In this document: positions 11,601 to 24,932 of the stretch, piece after piece | How the letters are laid out: every line of letters starts with the position of its first letter | Position numbering within the stretch: position 1 is the stretch's first letter | Assembly (NCBI GenBank): GCA_907165135.1 | Contig: OU015568.1 | Coordinates: 7,936,001-8,000,000, forward strand | Length of the DNA stretch: 64,000 nucleotides | Origin: Oikopleura dioica | Taxonomy: Eukaryota > Animalia > Chordata | Reading direction: 5' to 3' | The notes under the pieces: model-generated | Told to the model about the DNA's origin: nothing | Database searches by the model: none | The model's input: only the letters and a program-made list of their open reading frames with translations | Program-made: the position numbers and the translations under genes

Positions 11601-14600
11601 CAGTTGTTCGTTGACGCTAACGATGTAGAAGTGAAAATTGGGAATTATCGCTGTGATGTTATCAAAGAAGAGACATTCTCTGAGAAGGATTTCGATGGAA
11701 AACGACTATCGCAGATAAAGTGTTATGTTTCCACTCCAATAAGCATCGCAAATGATTACGAGATCACCATCAAGAGGAATGACGGCTCGACAAACGATTT
11801 CACCAAGGCAGAGCAAAAGATTAACATCAGCGATCCATCGGTTACGAAAATATCACCTGAGTTCGGAATCGAAGCTGGTTACACTTGGATAACAATTCAC
11901 GGGAATTTCCTCAATGCGGGTTCGTCACGCAAAGTCACGATCGGCAATCAAGAATGTACGGAGCTTGATATCAGTGAAAATGAAATCAGCTGTTTCACTC
12001 CTGCAATGAATGACGGGAGGAAAAGCCAGGATGTTCGGCTGGACATTGATGGGAGAATATTTTATATTTCTACTCCATTCAACTACATCGAGAACCCAGA
12101 ATTGTGGGAAAAGAATGACGGATTCGTGCACATGTGCGATGATCCGCGTTCATGCAAGCCTCTGACTGATCTTATTCCTACATATTTATCTGGTGGCGGA
12201 CGGATTTGGTTTACTCTAGGTGGTCGCGACCTATCTCGTATTTTTGAGTCGCCTTCTTCCCTTCCCATTATATTTGCTGAAGAAAATAGAGACGATGAAG
12301 ACATGACGAGTCAATGCGAAATTGGGAAGCTCCCGGCACCAGCTCCTCTCTCAATCACCCACGAAGAAAATGACGGACCACGGGCTGCTAAGCCAACTCC
12401 AGAGACGTATGATTTCTTCTGTGAGCTTCCACGGACGCAAGAAACGCGACGAAGAAGGCGCTCACTAGAGCTACAGACATTAACCATACAATTTGATGGA
12501 TGGTCTCATAAGTTGTCTGACAAGCTTGACGTCTATGATAAACCTGAGTTTGTCCTGACGAAGGATGAGCGGGAATTCGCTAAGCGATCATTCGAAACAG
12601 TATCCATTTGTTTCGACTCAACTGAAGCGGAAGCTATGTTCAGAGAACACTCCTGGCTCTCCACCAAGATTTCTATCCCCGAGGAAAATATCGATGATCT
12701 CGTGCTGAACACTGTGAGCCAATCGAACGAAACATGTGCCATTATCGAGTTCAAACTGCCTGACAACATCGAAGAGGAGACTTTCAATCAACGTCTGTTG
12801 ACTCTAAGGGCCCGTTTTGGAACTGTGGAAGCAAATTTTGCTACTCTAAGTGTCTCTCCGAAGCTCTCCGTGGCAACAATGTCCATCTCCATTATCAGCA
12901 TCTTCGTTTTTATCCTTATCATCGCAGTCATTGTTTATCCGCTTTACAACAAGTATAGAGCGACGCAGAAGAAGCACATGAGTCTTGAGAAAAAGCTCCA
13001 CGCAGTTGAAGAAAAGGTCTCCGCTGTCGCCAAGAGGGCTTATTTTGAGCTATCCATGGAGCTGCCGGAAATCGTTGAGGATAACGCTCAAATGCCTGTG
13101 CAAGACTACTCGCGCTACATCAACAACGTTCTTTTCCCGAATCCAGGCGATGAAACTCCTCCTCGTCAATATCCCGAAGCTAGTCTTCTTCAATTGAAAA
13201 AGCTCCTGGACAATCCAACTTTTACTCAAAAAGCACTACGGGCTATCGAAACCCAACCGAAGTGCACATCGCGTGATAAGGCGAAGATCGCAGCTTACAT
13301 CATGTCTATCTTTGCTGATAATCCTCAGTTCATCACGAAGCTCACTTTCGATTTGGTCGACACCTACTTGAAGGACTCAGTCGGAAGAACACCGAAGCTT
13401 GCCTTTAGATTCTCAAACGCAGTTGTTGAACGATTGCTTGGGCATTGGATGCATCTGACGCTGTATGACTTTTTGAATAGTGATACAGGGCGATCGCTCT
13501 GGGTATTGCTTCGAGCTATCAAACAGCAAGGATGGAAGGGACCAGTTGATGCGGTGAAGGGACATGCGCAATTCACGCTAACAGAGAACCGGTAGGTCGA
13601 ATCAAATTTTATAACCCTTCACTGAGTGTTCATAAGGTTGCTCAAGGAAGATATCGAATTTACACCGATGAAACTCTCTGTCATTCCTCCTGAAGTCCGT
13701 GAAGATACCAGCGAGCCCTCCTATGTCTTCGTCCAGATTCTTGACTGCGATACAATCACTCAAGTGAAGGAGAAATGTATGGACGCCGTTTATAGTAACA
13801 TTCCTTACTCAAAATGGCCGAGGTAGCGTTTTCTCTATTTATCAAGCAATTATATTTTAATTTTAGATCCGAGGATATTGCGTTGGAGTTCCGAATTAAG
13901 CGCGTCAAAGTTCCTCTTGTTGAGGGTCAGTCGCAGCCTGATGCAAGTAATAGGCATCGATACATGACCGTGAAGGATTATAACATCAAGGAAAATAATG
14001 TGATTGCAATGGTGAGGAAACTAGTCCACGAGGTAAGAGTAGATTTTAAATCGTATTTTACAATTCTTAGTCTACGTCATCCGATATGCTTCCTCACGAA
14101 ACAGATACGCAAGAAACTGATCCTCTTAGAGGAGCTGCTGATCTTGGTGATACTTACCATCTCGTCAAGCCTGGCGATGAAGACCTAGAGTCGCGGAACC
14201 GTCAATCAATGGTGGATCCCGAAGTCAACAACCTTGTCAGCGGTATACTTATCCCAAATCCTACTTGTCCTTTACAGCTGTCATTTTCAGATTTGTACCT
14301 CCAACGGCTCATCACTTCAAAACACATTTTACAGCCCTACGTTGACATGTTCTTCAACTACATTCTGATCGACGAGGCGAACACTTCTGTTCCGCCGCCG
14401 ATCAAGTATCTCTTCGACTTCTTGGACAAGTCTGCGAGGAACACTGTCCGCCATGGAACTATTACGTCACAGGTTAATCAATGGGAGATACACTAGGAAG
14501 TTACCGCATCATTTAGTCGAGCGATATTGAAGATGCGCTGCCTTATTGGAAGACAAACTGCCTCATTCTTCGCTTCTGGGCAAATATCATGAGCAACCCG

Positions 14601-15149
14601 ACGTTTTTCCTTGACGTACCAGTTCCAGACTTAGGTAGGCAGAATTTTAGCGTTACGAATTTCTACCCTTTGTTTCAGTGAGTCCCTCCGTGACTGTAGT
14701 CCTCTCGACATTGATGGAATGCGGACAAGATCAAGGCCCGCAAGTTAACGACCAGGATCCTGTAAATAGAATGCTCTTTCAAAAGACGATCAACCAGTAC
14801 CGCGACAAAGTGCGCAAATTCTACCGAAAGGTGCAAGACCTACCGCCAGTCTCACAGCCCGAAGTCGTCAACTACATCGAGGTATGACACGTTCTCGTTT
14901 GCTCCAAAATAATCCTTTATTTTTAGACCGAACTGTACAGTAATTACAAAGCGCCCAAAACGGACAAAAACGCCTCGCTAGCTTGCCTATTAAATTATAT
15001 TGCCAAATTTGAAAGCCAGGTAAATAGATTCTTGTTGCCCCGTAGGCTCACTGTTATTATAGATCGCCAGTAAATTGGAAGACGACCTGGGCGACACTCC
15101 AGAAGTGCAGAAACTAATCGACCAGATGAGCAGAATCTGCCGCGACTAG
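8665..15149 (+). CDS. Plexin (signal peptide, Sema, PSI, IPT repeats, TM, split GAP plus Rho-binding domain)
   Basis: Signal peptide MTAVFTFLGILLGLFSSIKCS; PSI motifs (CGACLNSEFPSCGWC, CTSCLSHSNWHCYW); IPT (GIEAGYTWITIHGNFLNAGS); TM; cytoplasmic FRFSNAVVERLLGHW, ILDCDTITQVKEKCMDAVY, PPPIKYLFDFLD, WKTNCLILRFWANI. The N-terminus appears to need 1-2 frameshifts. Confidence 0.93.
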
Positions 15150-18100
15150 GTCTCAAACTGAAACACAACTCGAAAACACTCCAACCTCGAATTCTACGAA
15201 ACAATTTCTGTATTTCAGCATTTATTTAAAACTTCTTTATTTATTATCAAGCTTCTCAAAATTGTGCATACGATGTTTAATTATTGTAAATTTCCTCTTC
15301 TGTAAATAACGACAACAACGACTTCTGAACGATATGAAAATTGCCTTGCTTACGTTTATTGCCTCTATCTCCATTTTAAGTTGAATTCTCCAAGTGCCCT
15401 AGAAATCTACATGTCTTATCAAAGTTCACAAAGCTTCTTATAATTTTACTACTCTAAGACGACCTACTATACAATCCTGAAAATTATGAAAAAAAATCCT
15501 TCAAAGTTGACCCCTCATCTACTTCTATAAAAAATCAACAATTTCAAGAAAAAAAATAAACCAAAAAAGCTAAAAGTAAAGAAAGTAATCCATGTTCTGA
15601 ACAAAGTATATTCTTTCTTTCTTTGTGTTTTATGTACAGTTTCAAGCAGGTGTTCCATCGTTTCAGGAGGTCTTCAAAGAGGGAAAGCTCTTTTTATCGG
15701 CAATTTTCTTTGATGGTAGGAAAAGGGAAAAAATTAAAAATCGATTTACAGTTCCATAAAATATTTGATCGTGTCAAGAAAGGAAAGAATTTTTGCAAGG
15801 GCAAGCATAGATGACTTTGTCATAGATTAATAATACCTCTAAGAATGCAAAATTACCTTTTGTAGCTCGTAAAGTGATTTTTATTGCGTAGTTACGACCG
15901 ACAACCTTTTACTTTTGTGATAACGCTGCTCCTTTCGATCCTTTTACGAGTGAAATGTAGTTTATGAAGGACGACGAGTTCAGAATTCTCCAGCAAGGAT
16001 TTCATTTCAATGATTACAGGGTCTTACATTAGCCTTAGCGGCTCACGTGCTTGCTTGTCTTACGATTTGTTCCTTACTACACCTGCCATGGTAATTACTA
16101 GTCCGCATACTTGTTCGTAGTCGTAGTAACTTTGACGCTAGTAGTGATTTCGCCGTGTGAGTCACTAGTTCCATTGAGACACGTACTCTTGCTCAAACAA
16201 AGGTGTAATAAATCTGCCTTGGATGGTTCTCCTCTCTGTTGACTCTCTTTACCTCACAGGCCGCTCAATCACTCTCAAATGCGTCCCTTATTTATGTACA
16301 GTCTCCAACTGTAACTCCGACCTCCAGGAAGAAATAGCGTATTTGGTAATTTTTATTTTATTCATTTCAATTGTTGACTTTTTGGACGAAGCAGTGGAAA
16401 GAACCTTGGAGAAGGCGCTCGCCGGCAAGATTTTTTTTTAATGAACCGACCGGTAAACTTTGGATAAGAAAAATACGAAAAAAATGGCAACACAGCGGTT
16501 TATTGCGGGCTAGATGTGTGGTTGTTGATTTATATATATAAAATACGTGTGAATATTGGAAGGAAAGATGTGTTTGAAAAATTGGATCTTTGGCGCGCCT
16601 GAAAAGCTCAACTCGCGGGACGGTCTCTTTGCTTGGCCGCTAGAAAAGTTGCATTCTAGGGCGGAAGAAAATAGTAGAAAAAAATAAAGCGAGCATCAGT
16701 GAACGTTATGGCAGATGATTTTTGGTTGTTCAAAAGTAGATAAAAAGTATGTGAAAAAGAAAAGGAGAGATCCCGCGAGTTGGGCTTTTCGAAGTTAGGT
16801 AAATAAAACTGGTCAAAACTGTCAAAATGTAAAAGGATCAAGGAAGGGATGGCACCTTCCGACAAGGTGCGAGTAAATATTCCAGAAATACAGTATTGGA
16901 ATCATTTACGGGATGAAAGAATGTGGGCAATGATAGAAAAGAGCGAATAATTTTACTCAGTCAGGTTTATCACCCCATGTGGCCTGGTTTTGCGATACTG
17001 AAATAAAAACTGAAAAGAGGAGTTACTCGGGCGGAGAAAATCTTCCTCGAAAAGGTCGAAAATGCTCGAGTACATCTCAATGAGATCTCATTAATCAAGC
17101 CGAGACACACTCGACCTTTTGAAAAAGAAGAGCTCTTCAGCCCAAAAAGTTTGCCTCTGAATCGGATGAAAATACGTACTCAGCCAAGAATGCTTACAAT
17201 AATGGCGAATTACAGTTTGATGATTCATTCTAGCTGGCGCTATTTGCTCTCCATGAGCATTCATGAAAACTGATGATTCATTATGACTCAAGATTGACTA
17301 AGAGTTAATCAACATCGAGTCATAAAGAATCATAAACATAAAAGCACATAAAAGCATAAGCACCCGCTAGAATGAAAAGATCAACCGGTACTCCTCCATG
17401 ATTGCAAAATTTTGGCCGTTCTTTCGAAAAAGGTTGACCTGACCTACCCTAGGTCAGATCAGGTCAGGCGTGAATTTGAACCGATAGGAAAAAGGTTGAA
17501 ATGTTGAATAGGTTACGAATTGGTCACATGACGCGTAAACGAGCTAATTGAAGAGTTTCGCGAATAGGTCTTCTTCACCACGCGTCATCGTTCGCCTCCC
17601 CGCGCTTGTCCCAGCCAGTGGTGGCCGTGTTGTTCCTTTTAAGGTTTGAGTTTTGACCGCGCTATTGACCGGATAGTAATAACAGAATTCCGCTACTTCG
17701 GCACCCTAACCAGCAAGATCGTCACTCGGCCCCTTGCGCCCAACGCCTACGCAAATTAGCAAACGTGTAGGCGATGAGCGCAAGCGGCTGAAACGACTTC
17801 TTATTGGCCAGAATGAGAGTAACAAAGAGACAACAAAGTTCAAGCGACCTCCTGACGATTTTCGGAATGGACTCATGCTACTGTCAATCAAATACTGAAC
17901 AATCAAATCATGATGAATCGTGTAACTATGACTAATCACTGTGATGATGAATCAACGGCATGAATCCGCTCCGAAGTCATCAGATGAGCCGCTCTTAGTC
18001 TGACCGTAGCCATGACCTAGCGTGTGACATCAAATGACCTCGAGCGAGTAATAAATGGAAAATGATGATGAATGATGATAATGTGAGGGCCACACTTTTC

Positions 18101-18611
18101 AGGTACTGGTTAGTGTTAGACTTTTTGTGTTATGTTACAGTAACTTGCCATGATATCAGACCATTTCGTTTTGCTGTTTTTTTAAATCATTTTTGACCCC
18201 AGTACCGAAAATAGGCTAGATGGAACGTGGTTGGTTTGGAACGTAAAATTGAGAAAAATTTGGGCACCCAATTTTTCGGATCCGTATTTGGGCACACGAG
18301 TCTCGTCGCCCTTGGCTCCGAAAAAACGGTGGAATTTTGATTCTTTTCTGTTTTATTTTTTTTGTAATAAAAAGATATAACAAAATACGTAGAGGTAGGA
18401 AATGTTTCAGTAGAAAATAATCTAGGGATGACTGTAATGTCAGGCAGTAAAGTGTTGTTTAAATTTGGATGGTATAGGGGGTGCAATCGAACAATAATCA
18501 CAAGCGATGAGATGGGGAGAAGCGGAAAGTGGTGAAATTTTAGGGAGTGTGTTTGGACTTGGGGTCTCTTTGGGAGTAATCCCTAAACCTAATCACAAAA
18601 GTTTTGGTCGA

Positions 18612-21600
18612 TCATGACAAGCCCTTATAGCGAGAATTAGATCCCCATCCAGAATCCGATTTTTCAGTCTTGGTGGTAGTTTTGGTCAGGCTCTTGCTGG
18701 CGGACGTCTTTGAGGTAGCTTTGGAGGACAACTTTTCACGCTCCCTCCAGTCCTCTTCTAAAAGGCCAATATTACGACAATGTCGGTTTAATTTACTTTT
18801 ACTAAGTGGCTTAACCCTCGCGCGGCAAGTGGCACCAAATTTGGCAAAGTTAGATTTTAACCCATTTGCGCACATTAACCATTTTTTGAGCAAGGAAAAT
18901 GGAGTCATTTTCCCGTTCAAAAGAAGTAGTTAATATCATCAAATGGGCTCAAAAGCCAAAATAAGCGTTATTTGCAGAGCGAGAGTTAAAACGCATGACA
19001 CCAATATTAAACGTTTTTTATAGAAATAGTCGTACAAAACGATCATTTCCATAAAGTAGAGTGCCCTCTTACAATTAAATATGTGGGGAAACACCAACTC
19101 AAGCACCATCACCGAAAAACGATCAATTATATCGATTTCAATATAACCGTCCAAAACACCGTTAGGGGGAGTTTTAAGGGGGTACAGGCGGGTTTCGCAG
19201 GTTAGTAAGCATCTGGTAGGTTAAGGGCGTACAAGCAGCTAGGTTAACCTGCGTGCACCTACACAATTGCTGACGATTGGGACGTACACGCATGTTAAGC
19301 TAAGTTGAGCACCTTTAGAGCACGTATTTCCGACATGAGATGCCGCGCTAAGTTACTGTACATAATATCGTTACTATTCACAAGCGGCCATCTCATGTCA
19401 GAGAAGAGTTAAAGAGGGTTAAGGACACGGGAATAGTATTCATGAACATTTTCTTTCATACCGCTTATTTTTTCCTGAGTGTCTTTGAGGTGGATTTTTG
19501 CCCCGCAAGGGGTAACATGCCCGTACGTTCCACGTCTACAATTATAAAGTTAGATAAAAGTCATATAAAAATGTTGCCAATGATAAAAAGAAATCAACCG
19601 CCCAGTTTCTCGGAAGAAACGCACCAAATTCTTGTCTAATCCCAACACCGTCAAACGAGAGAAATAACTACCGCTAGAATCTGCCACTAGAAATTTAAAA
19701 CTGCCAAATAAATATGTATATAAAATAAATATTTTATTTGATTGCATAAAAATTGACCAAAAGCCCTTCCAAGGGCTGCGAAATATTTATTTTGCTCAAT
19801 GAAGAAAACGCAAATTAGAATTTTTTCAAGTTAACCCGTGAGCGCGCTGAGCGCCGAAAATGGGCTACGGCTCAAAATCTCTTAGCATTAATTATTATTC
19901 TTATTATTTAATTTTTACATTTTTGATTCCTGAGTCGCGAAATAGGATTTTGAAGCTCGTACTATTTTATTTTTACGAAAAGGATTCCGCTCCCTGGAGG
20001 GGTTGGTGGCCTGTGTGAAGAAGAAAGTTTTAAAAATTGACTCATGTGTAGCACAGGTTGGAAAATACTAGAGCCAGAGAAGGTTTAGTTAAATCCTCCG
20101 TAGCCAGATGTAGCATTTTGCCTCCCATATGCAGCATGAGATCCTCCAGCGCCAGCCATAGGAACACCTCCTTTAGCTTTTTTGGTGCTTCCCCTTTCGC
20201 TCGTTTTGGGCACCCTACTGGCATACTCGTCCTCTAAGGACTCGGACCCACCTCCAGCGTCCATTCTGATGTCGTCGATATTGTCGTCCTGGTACTCAGC
20301 GCGGCGCACATATAATTGGATCACATAAGCAGCGATGAAGCTGGATAGAATCGTGGAGACAACGATGAGGATAAGCTAGAAAAGTCGATTAATAAATGAC
20401 CTCAAAGAAAGATTAAGGGGATGGACACTGAAATTTAACCGGCTATTGTCCCTATTATAACAATATAGAATGTCAAATGAATAATTGAATAGTCGTGCGA
20501 AGGAATTTTAGACGGCCACCTGTGTATGGTATTCTACCACACGTTGGCGCGGCTCCAACTGTTGGCTAGCTCAAAATGCAAACACGAAATATTCCGTGCA
20601 AAAGATAAAGACGAAGATCTGGAGCCATGAGTTGTCTTTTGAAGTGTTTTGACGAGATTTGTGAGCAAACACGCGAGTTTTATTATTTTTCGATTTTGAA
20701 GTGGAACTTGTTTGCCCAGGAAGCTTTTTTCAACGACGCTTCTTCCGCCCGAAAAAGGGGACAATGAATTCGGCTTTTTAAGGTCCTTTGTTGGGTGCTC
20801 CTGGGGGTCCATGTTCCGATCCTTGATCAATTTAAAACGCTTTTATTTTCCTATTACGACATTTATCCAGCATTTGGAAGATTAGCCCAGCTCCGGAAGG
20901 CTCAAATTTATCAAAACCAAATCCTCAGCTGTCGAAGATTTAAGACCACTAGTTCAATTCATTTGAGCTTAAGAACTTTAAATTTATCAAGTTTGCACTA
21001 ACCACAGTTTACGAAACGTACATGCTGCCTAAATAACGCCGCCTGGGCTAGCAAAGATGTAAGAAAACGTTCGATCATGTTACGCAAAATAGATAAATTG
21101 AGGAAGAAACACGTGGTCAAAATATTAAGAAAAGGAGAAGGAATATTTGTTACTGAAAATACAGATTCCGGTCGGGTATTACGGGATGAGCGGTGGATAA
21201 ACCTTGGGTGGCTTTAGAGTGCTTGATCGGGGGGAAGCCACTAAATCAAAATTTGGCTTTGGCAGCGAGTGGCGACCGGTGCGAAAAAGAGGCCCTGCGG
21301 TCTCTCCACCCGATCCACGGCGTCTTTCTTTGTGTAAATGGCTCACCAATTCACTCACTACATGTTTTCTGTGTGGTGATCATGGAGAGGGTGTCATTTG
21401 CACCAGCAGCACCAATTTGGGTTAGGTAGTAGGCCCCGCGGGCTTACTACGCCGCCAAGCACCACCAAGGAGCCTATTCACGTCCCCGCTTTCTTTCACG
21501 CTCGAGATTGAGCTAGAATCATCTAACGTCTGACTAACCGTCTAATACTAATCAACCTTATCACCACAATGATTAATCATTAAAAAATAATTTACATCAG

Positions 21601-24030
21601 CCAAATGACAAGTTAATTATCAAACAGGAATCTTTCGCTTTCCGTTATTCCACCCCAATTAGTGGTCAAAAGCTCAAGAAAAAAATCATGTTTTCTTTGA
21701 AGACTTGAAGAAATTTTTTATTTAAAAAAATGTTCCATTCATTAGGGATCGATTTCCTGTTCTCCAAAATTAGCTTCTAACTCAATTTCAACCTCGAAAT
21801 CGATGAAAAATTTTCAACTCCAATAAATCGAATCGTCGAGGACTTTCCGTGAGCCCCAGGCGAGTTCCCATCTCTGGCAGAGAGAGGCCCCCCAGGCCGT
21901 CCCCCAGGCGGGAGCCATGGCGATCCTCCAAATAATCCTTTGAATAATTGAAAATACATTGATCTCGAATTTTTAATTCTCACAGGTGATTTTTATTCAT
22001 GATCGTTGGCAAGAGGGTTGTTCGAAGATGCGCATATTGAAATTTGCATAAATTCTTAATTAGGGGCCCCCACCCTTAGGTACTTTGTCTTTTTGAATTT
22101 AGCGTTATTTCAGCCGGCAAAATTAAAGCTCCAATAAAAATATCTTGCAAAGAAATGATTAAAAACTTACCGACATAAACTCCGCTGCATAACCACACTT
22201 GTCCCTTAGATTTGTCGAGTGGATTCCGTCAGGAGAGGCGTTAGGGTTGATCAAGGGAATGACGATGGTGATCATCTGCCCAAGGTTGATCGAGAGCAAG
22301 ATGAGACTGAAGAAAAATGCGAAGACGAAGCCGGGCTTCTTCAGCGTCCTCGAGTTGAAAGGAGCGTACTGGAGCGCTGCGACGATGCCGAAAATCAAAA
22401 AGCAGGAAGCAAGCGGAATGCCCAGGAATGCTGAGGTATATCCATCCATGCATGCTTTTGTGTACTAAAAGTCAAGAGTTAGATTTAATTCACGAGGTGA
22501 TTATGTTACAAAGAACACAAAGACAGAGCGTATTTTGGGGAGCTTGTAAGAATAAGGGGAGCAACAGTGGGAGAAAAGGCAAATCTTTTACGAAAGCAAT
22601 TTTGAATATAATTACGTCTGAGCTGGTTTTACAAAATAATTACGGGGTTAAAAAAACTTGTTTAGGCTCAGAAGAAAAGCTTGTTGATGCAAAGAAAGAA
22701 AAGAGTTATTGTCAGGTCGGGTAAAGTAGGAGCATATTTGTCGTTGTTTGTGCGTCGTTAAGAGCAGAAAGCCCGGCTAATTAATATTATAAGGTACTAT
22801 AGGGACGTTGTTTTGGACACTTTGGTGATAAGTCGCGCTCCTTATCAGTGGCGCCGTACTGTCGGCTCACCGCGAAATCTTCCTCCGTGGGGTAAATTCT
22901 TATTGGGGCGATTTTTATTGGACATTTTTGGATTTCAGAAAACATGTAAATTGAAAATTACAGGCTCGGTCATCCGTGACCCGGTTTATGGCCCCTAAAG
23001 AATTTAGATTTATCTCCAAGCAGCAGCTTTCAGCTGGAACCTAGCTAAAAGCTGTTGTGTCCTCTATTTCCGCTCCAGTAGCTCATGAACCCTGGAGGAG
23101 GATGACCACAACTTTGTGTTTTACGAGGCTCCTGTGGGGAGGTAAAACACAGCTGTCCCCGCTCTTTTGCATAATGGTCCGGGCGACTCTAGAAACCGCA
23201 CAATTATTTCACAATCGGATTAAGCCGCCAATTTAATTTTGCTGCTCGTTGAATTCTTTTCAAAATAAACGCGAGCTTGGAACTATACACGGAATGCTGG
23301 CTTCCGGTAGTCGTTCGGCATTTAACCCATTCCGCGCGGGGGCCAAATTTAACCCCCTTTTGCACGGCGTGATCCGATTGTGGCCTCGGCGAATAACTAG
23401 GCCGCGATTTATTCAACGTCACGTGACGAAGTCCCTATTTTCCCGCGCTTTGAAATGGAAGCCTTTCGAAATTGTGAAAATTTTTAAATAAGTACGCGTC
23501 ATTTGTCCGTGATAAGGCGGCCAATTAGCCCGGACGCGGCGGGTGATGGAAACTGCTGATAAAGAAAGAAAAAGGATCTCACGCTGGCGCAGCGCCCCGC
23601 TGAGCAATAAAATATAAATTTTAAACCTGCCCAGGTGACGAAGATAAGAAGCGCGATTAAACTTGGACTTGGAGATCTAAGTACTGGAGGTAAACTCATA
23701 AATCATGATTAAAAAGGGGTCGGGAAAGCTCTGAGAAGGCAAACAAAGGGGAGAATGAGTCCTTACCTTTTCTGAGAATGAGTCCAAATAGTTCTGCGTG
23801 CACTCGTCCTTGTACTTCTCCACCGACGAGCGGATTTGGTTCTTGTGTTCTGTGGCATAACTCAGGTACTTGGCCCACACGGCGTTTAACTCCGTCCCGC
23901 AGTATACGTTTTTATACCAATCTAACGCTTGCCAGGCCCATAAACTAAAGACATTCCCGTTAATTCCCGCTTCGTTATTTATTGCATAACACGGCGCAGA
24001 TTTATGTTTTGGTATCAACAAGGACTGGAA
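18612..24030 (-). CDS. Orphan multi-pass membrane protein (tetraspan/claudin-like layout; first exon not found)
   Basis: Exon-like blocks with AG/GT edges at ~23768-24030 (Cys/Trp loop), ~22171-22467 (two hydrophobic helices) and ~20100-20378 (helix plus acidic tail), and a possible terminal exon at 18612-18770. Family assignment is inference. Confidence 0.5.
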
Positions 24031-24329
24031 ATTCGACACGTGAAATCACATTCGCGATCTTTATTAATTTAAAATTGAGCGGATCTTCTTATCTTTACGG
24101 TTTTTGATTTTATTGGCTTGATAAGAGAGATGGGAGAAAAGAAAGCTAAGATGGTAATCTAGCTGATTTTTTACGATCCTCCGTTTTTTTTTATTCATAA
24201 AAAGATCGGAAGAGCCGCCATAAAAAGCATCAATTCATAAAGAGGGGCGTCCGGTTTTTATCGCTGCGCGTAGTATAATAAAACAGCCGTGATTCAAGGG
24301 TAGTACGTTTACTTACTATGGTCTTTTTA

Positions 24330-24932
24330 GGAAGATAAAGCCAACAGTGGTGAGTACGATTTGCGCTGCCGCCACGTACATCACCTTCTGGGCGGACATT
24401 TTGGGTATTTTGCGACCCATCTTGGGTCTGTCTGTCTTCGTTGTCTTCTTAAGGTGCTCTCTATGTCTGTGTTTGTTCTCTTGCCACTTGTTTCGTTATC
24501 ACTCTCTCTCTCTCTTTCTCGGGTCGATGTGCAAAAAGCGTCGAAGCACCCCTTTTTGTCTTTTTATCAGCTATATTTGGCTGTGTATCATTCAAAAGTG
24601 CGGGGTATGGTTGTATGTGCAGTTGGAAATTGGTGGCTCCTTGGCTCCCCGGTGTGTCTCTCGCTCTCCGAGCTAACAAAAAAAAATCCCGCGATCTCGA
24701 CGGTGGTGTGGTGCCGCCGCTTGAGGCTAGGGCTAGCCTATCTAGGGCCAGGCAACTGCTGCGGCGCACCCCAACCGAGCAACAGCGCCGCTCCAACACC
24801 CGACATCATCGTTTTCCGCGCTGCGCGACGGACTGCGCGATTCACGCAATCCTTTCTTTGGAGCTCTTCTTCTCTATTCTCGCATTTGTTTTCTCTTTAT
24901 CAAGTTCACAAAATACCAGTTACTGAAATCAT
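24330..24932 (+). CDS. Possible small hydrophobic spliced protein
   Basis: ttttag acceptor, then VVSTICAAATYITFWADILGILRPILGLSVFVVFL|SYIWLCIIQKCG| and later hydrophobic segments. Frame continuity not resolved. Confidence 0.3.
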
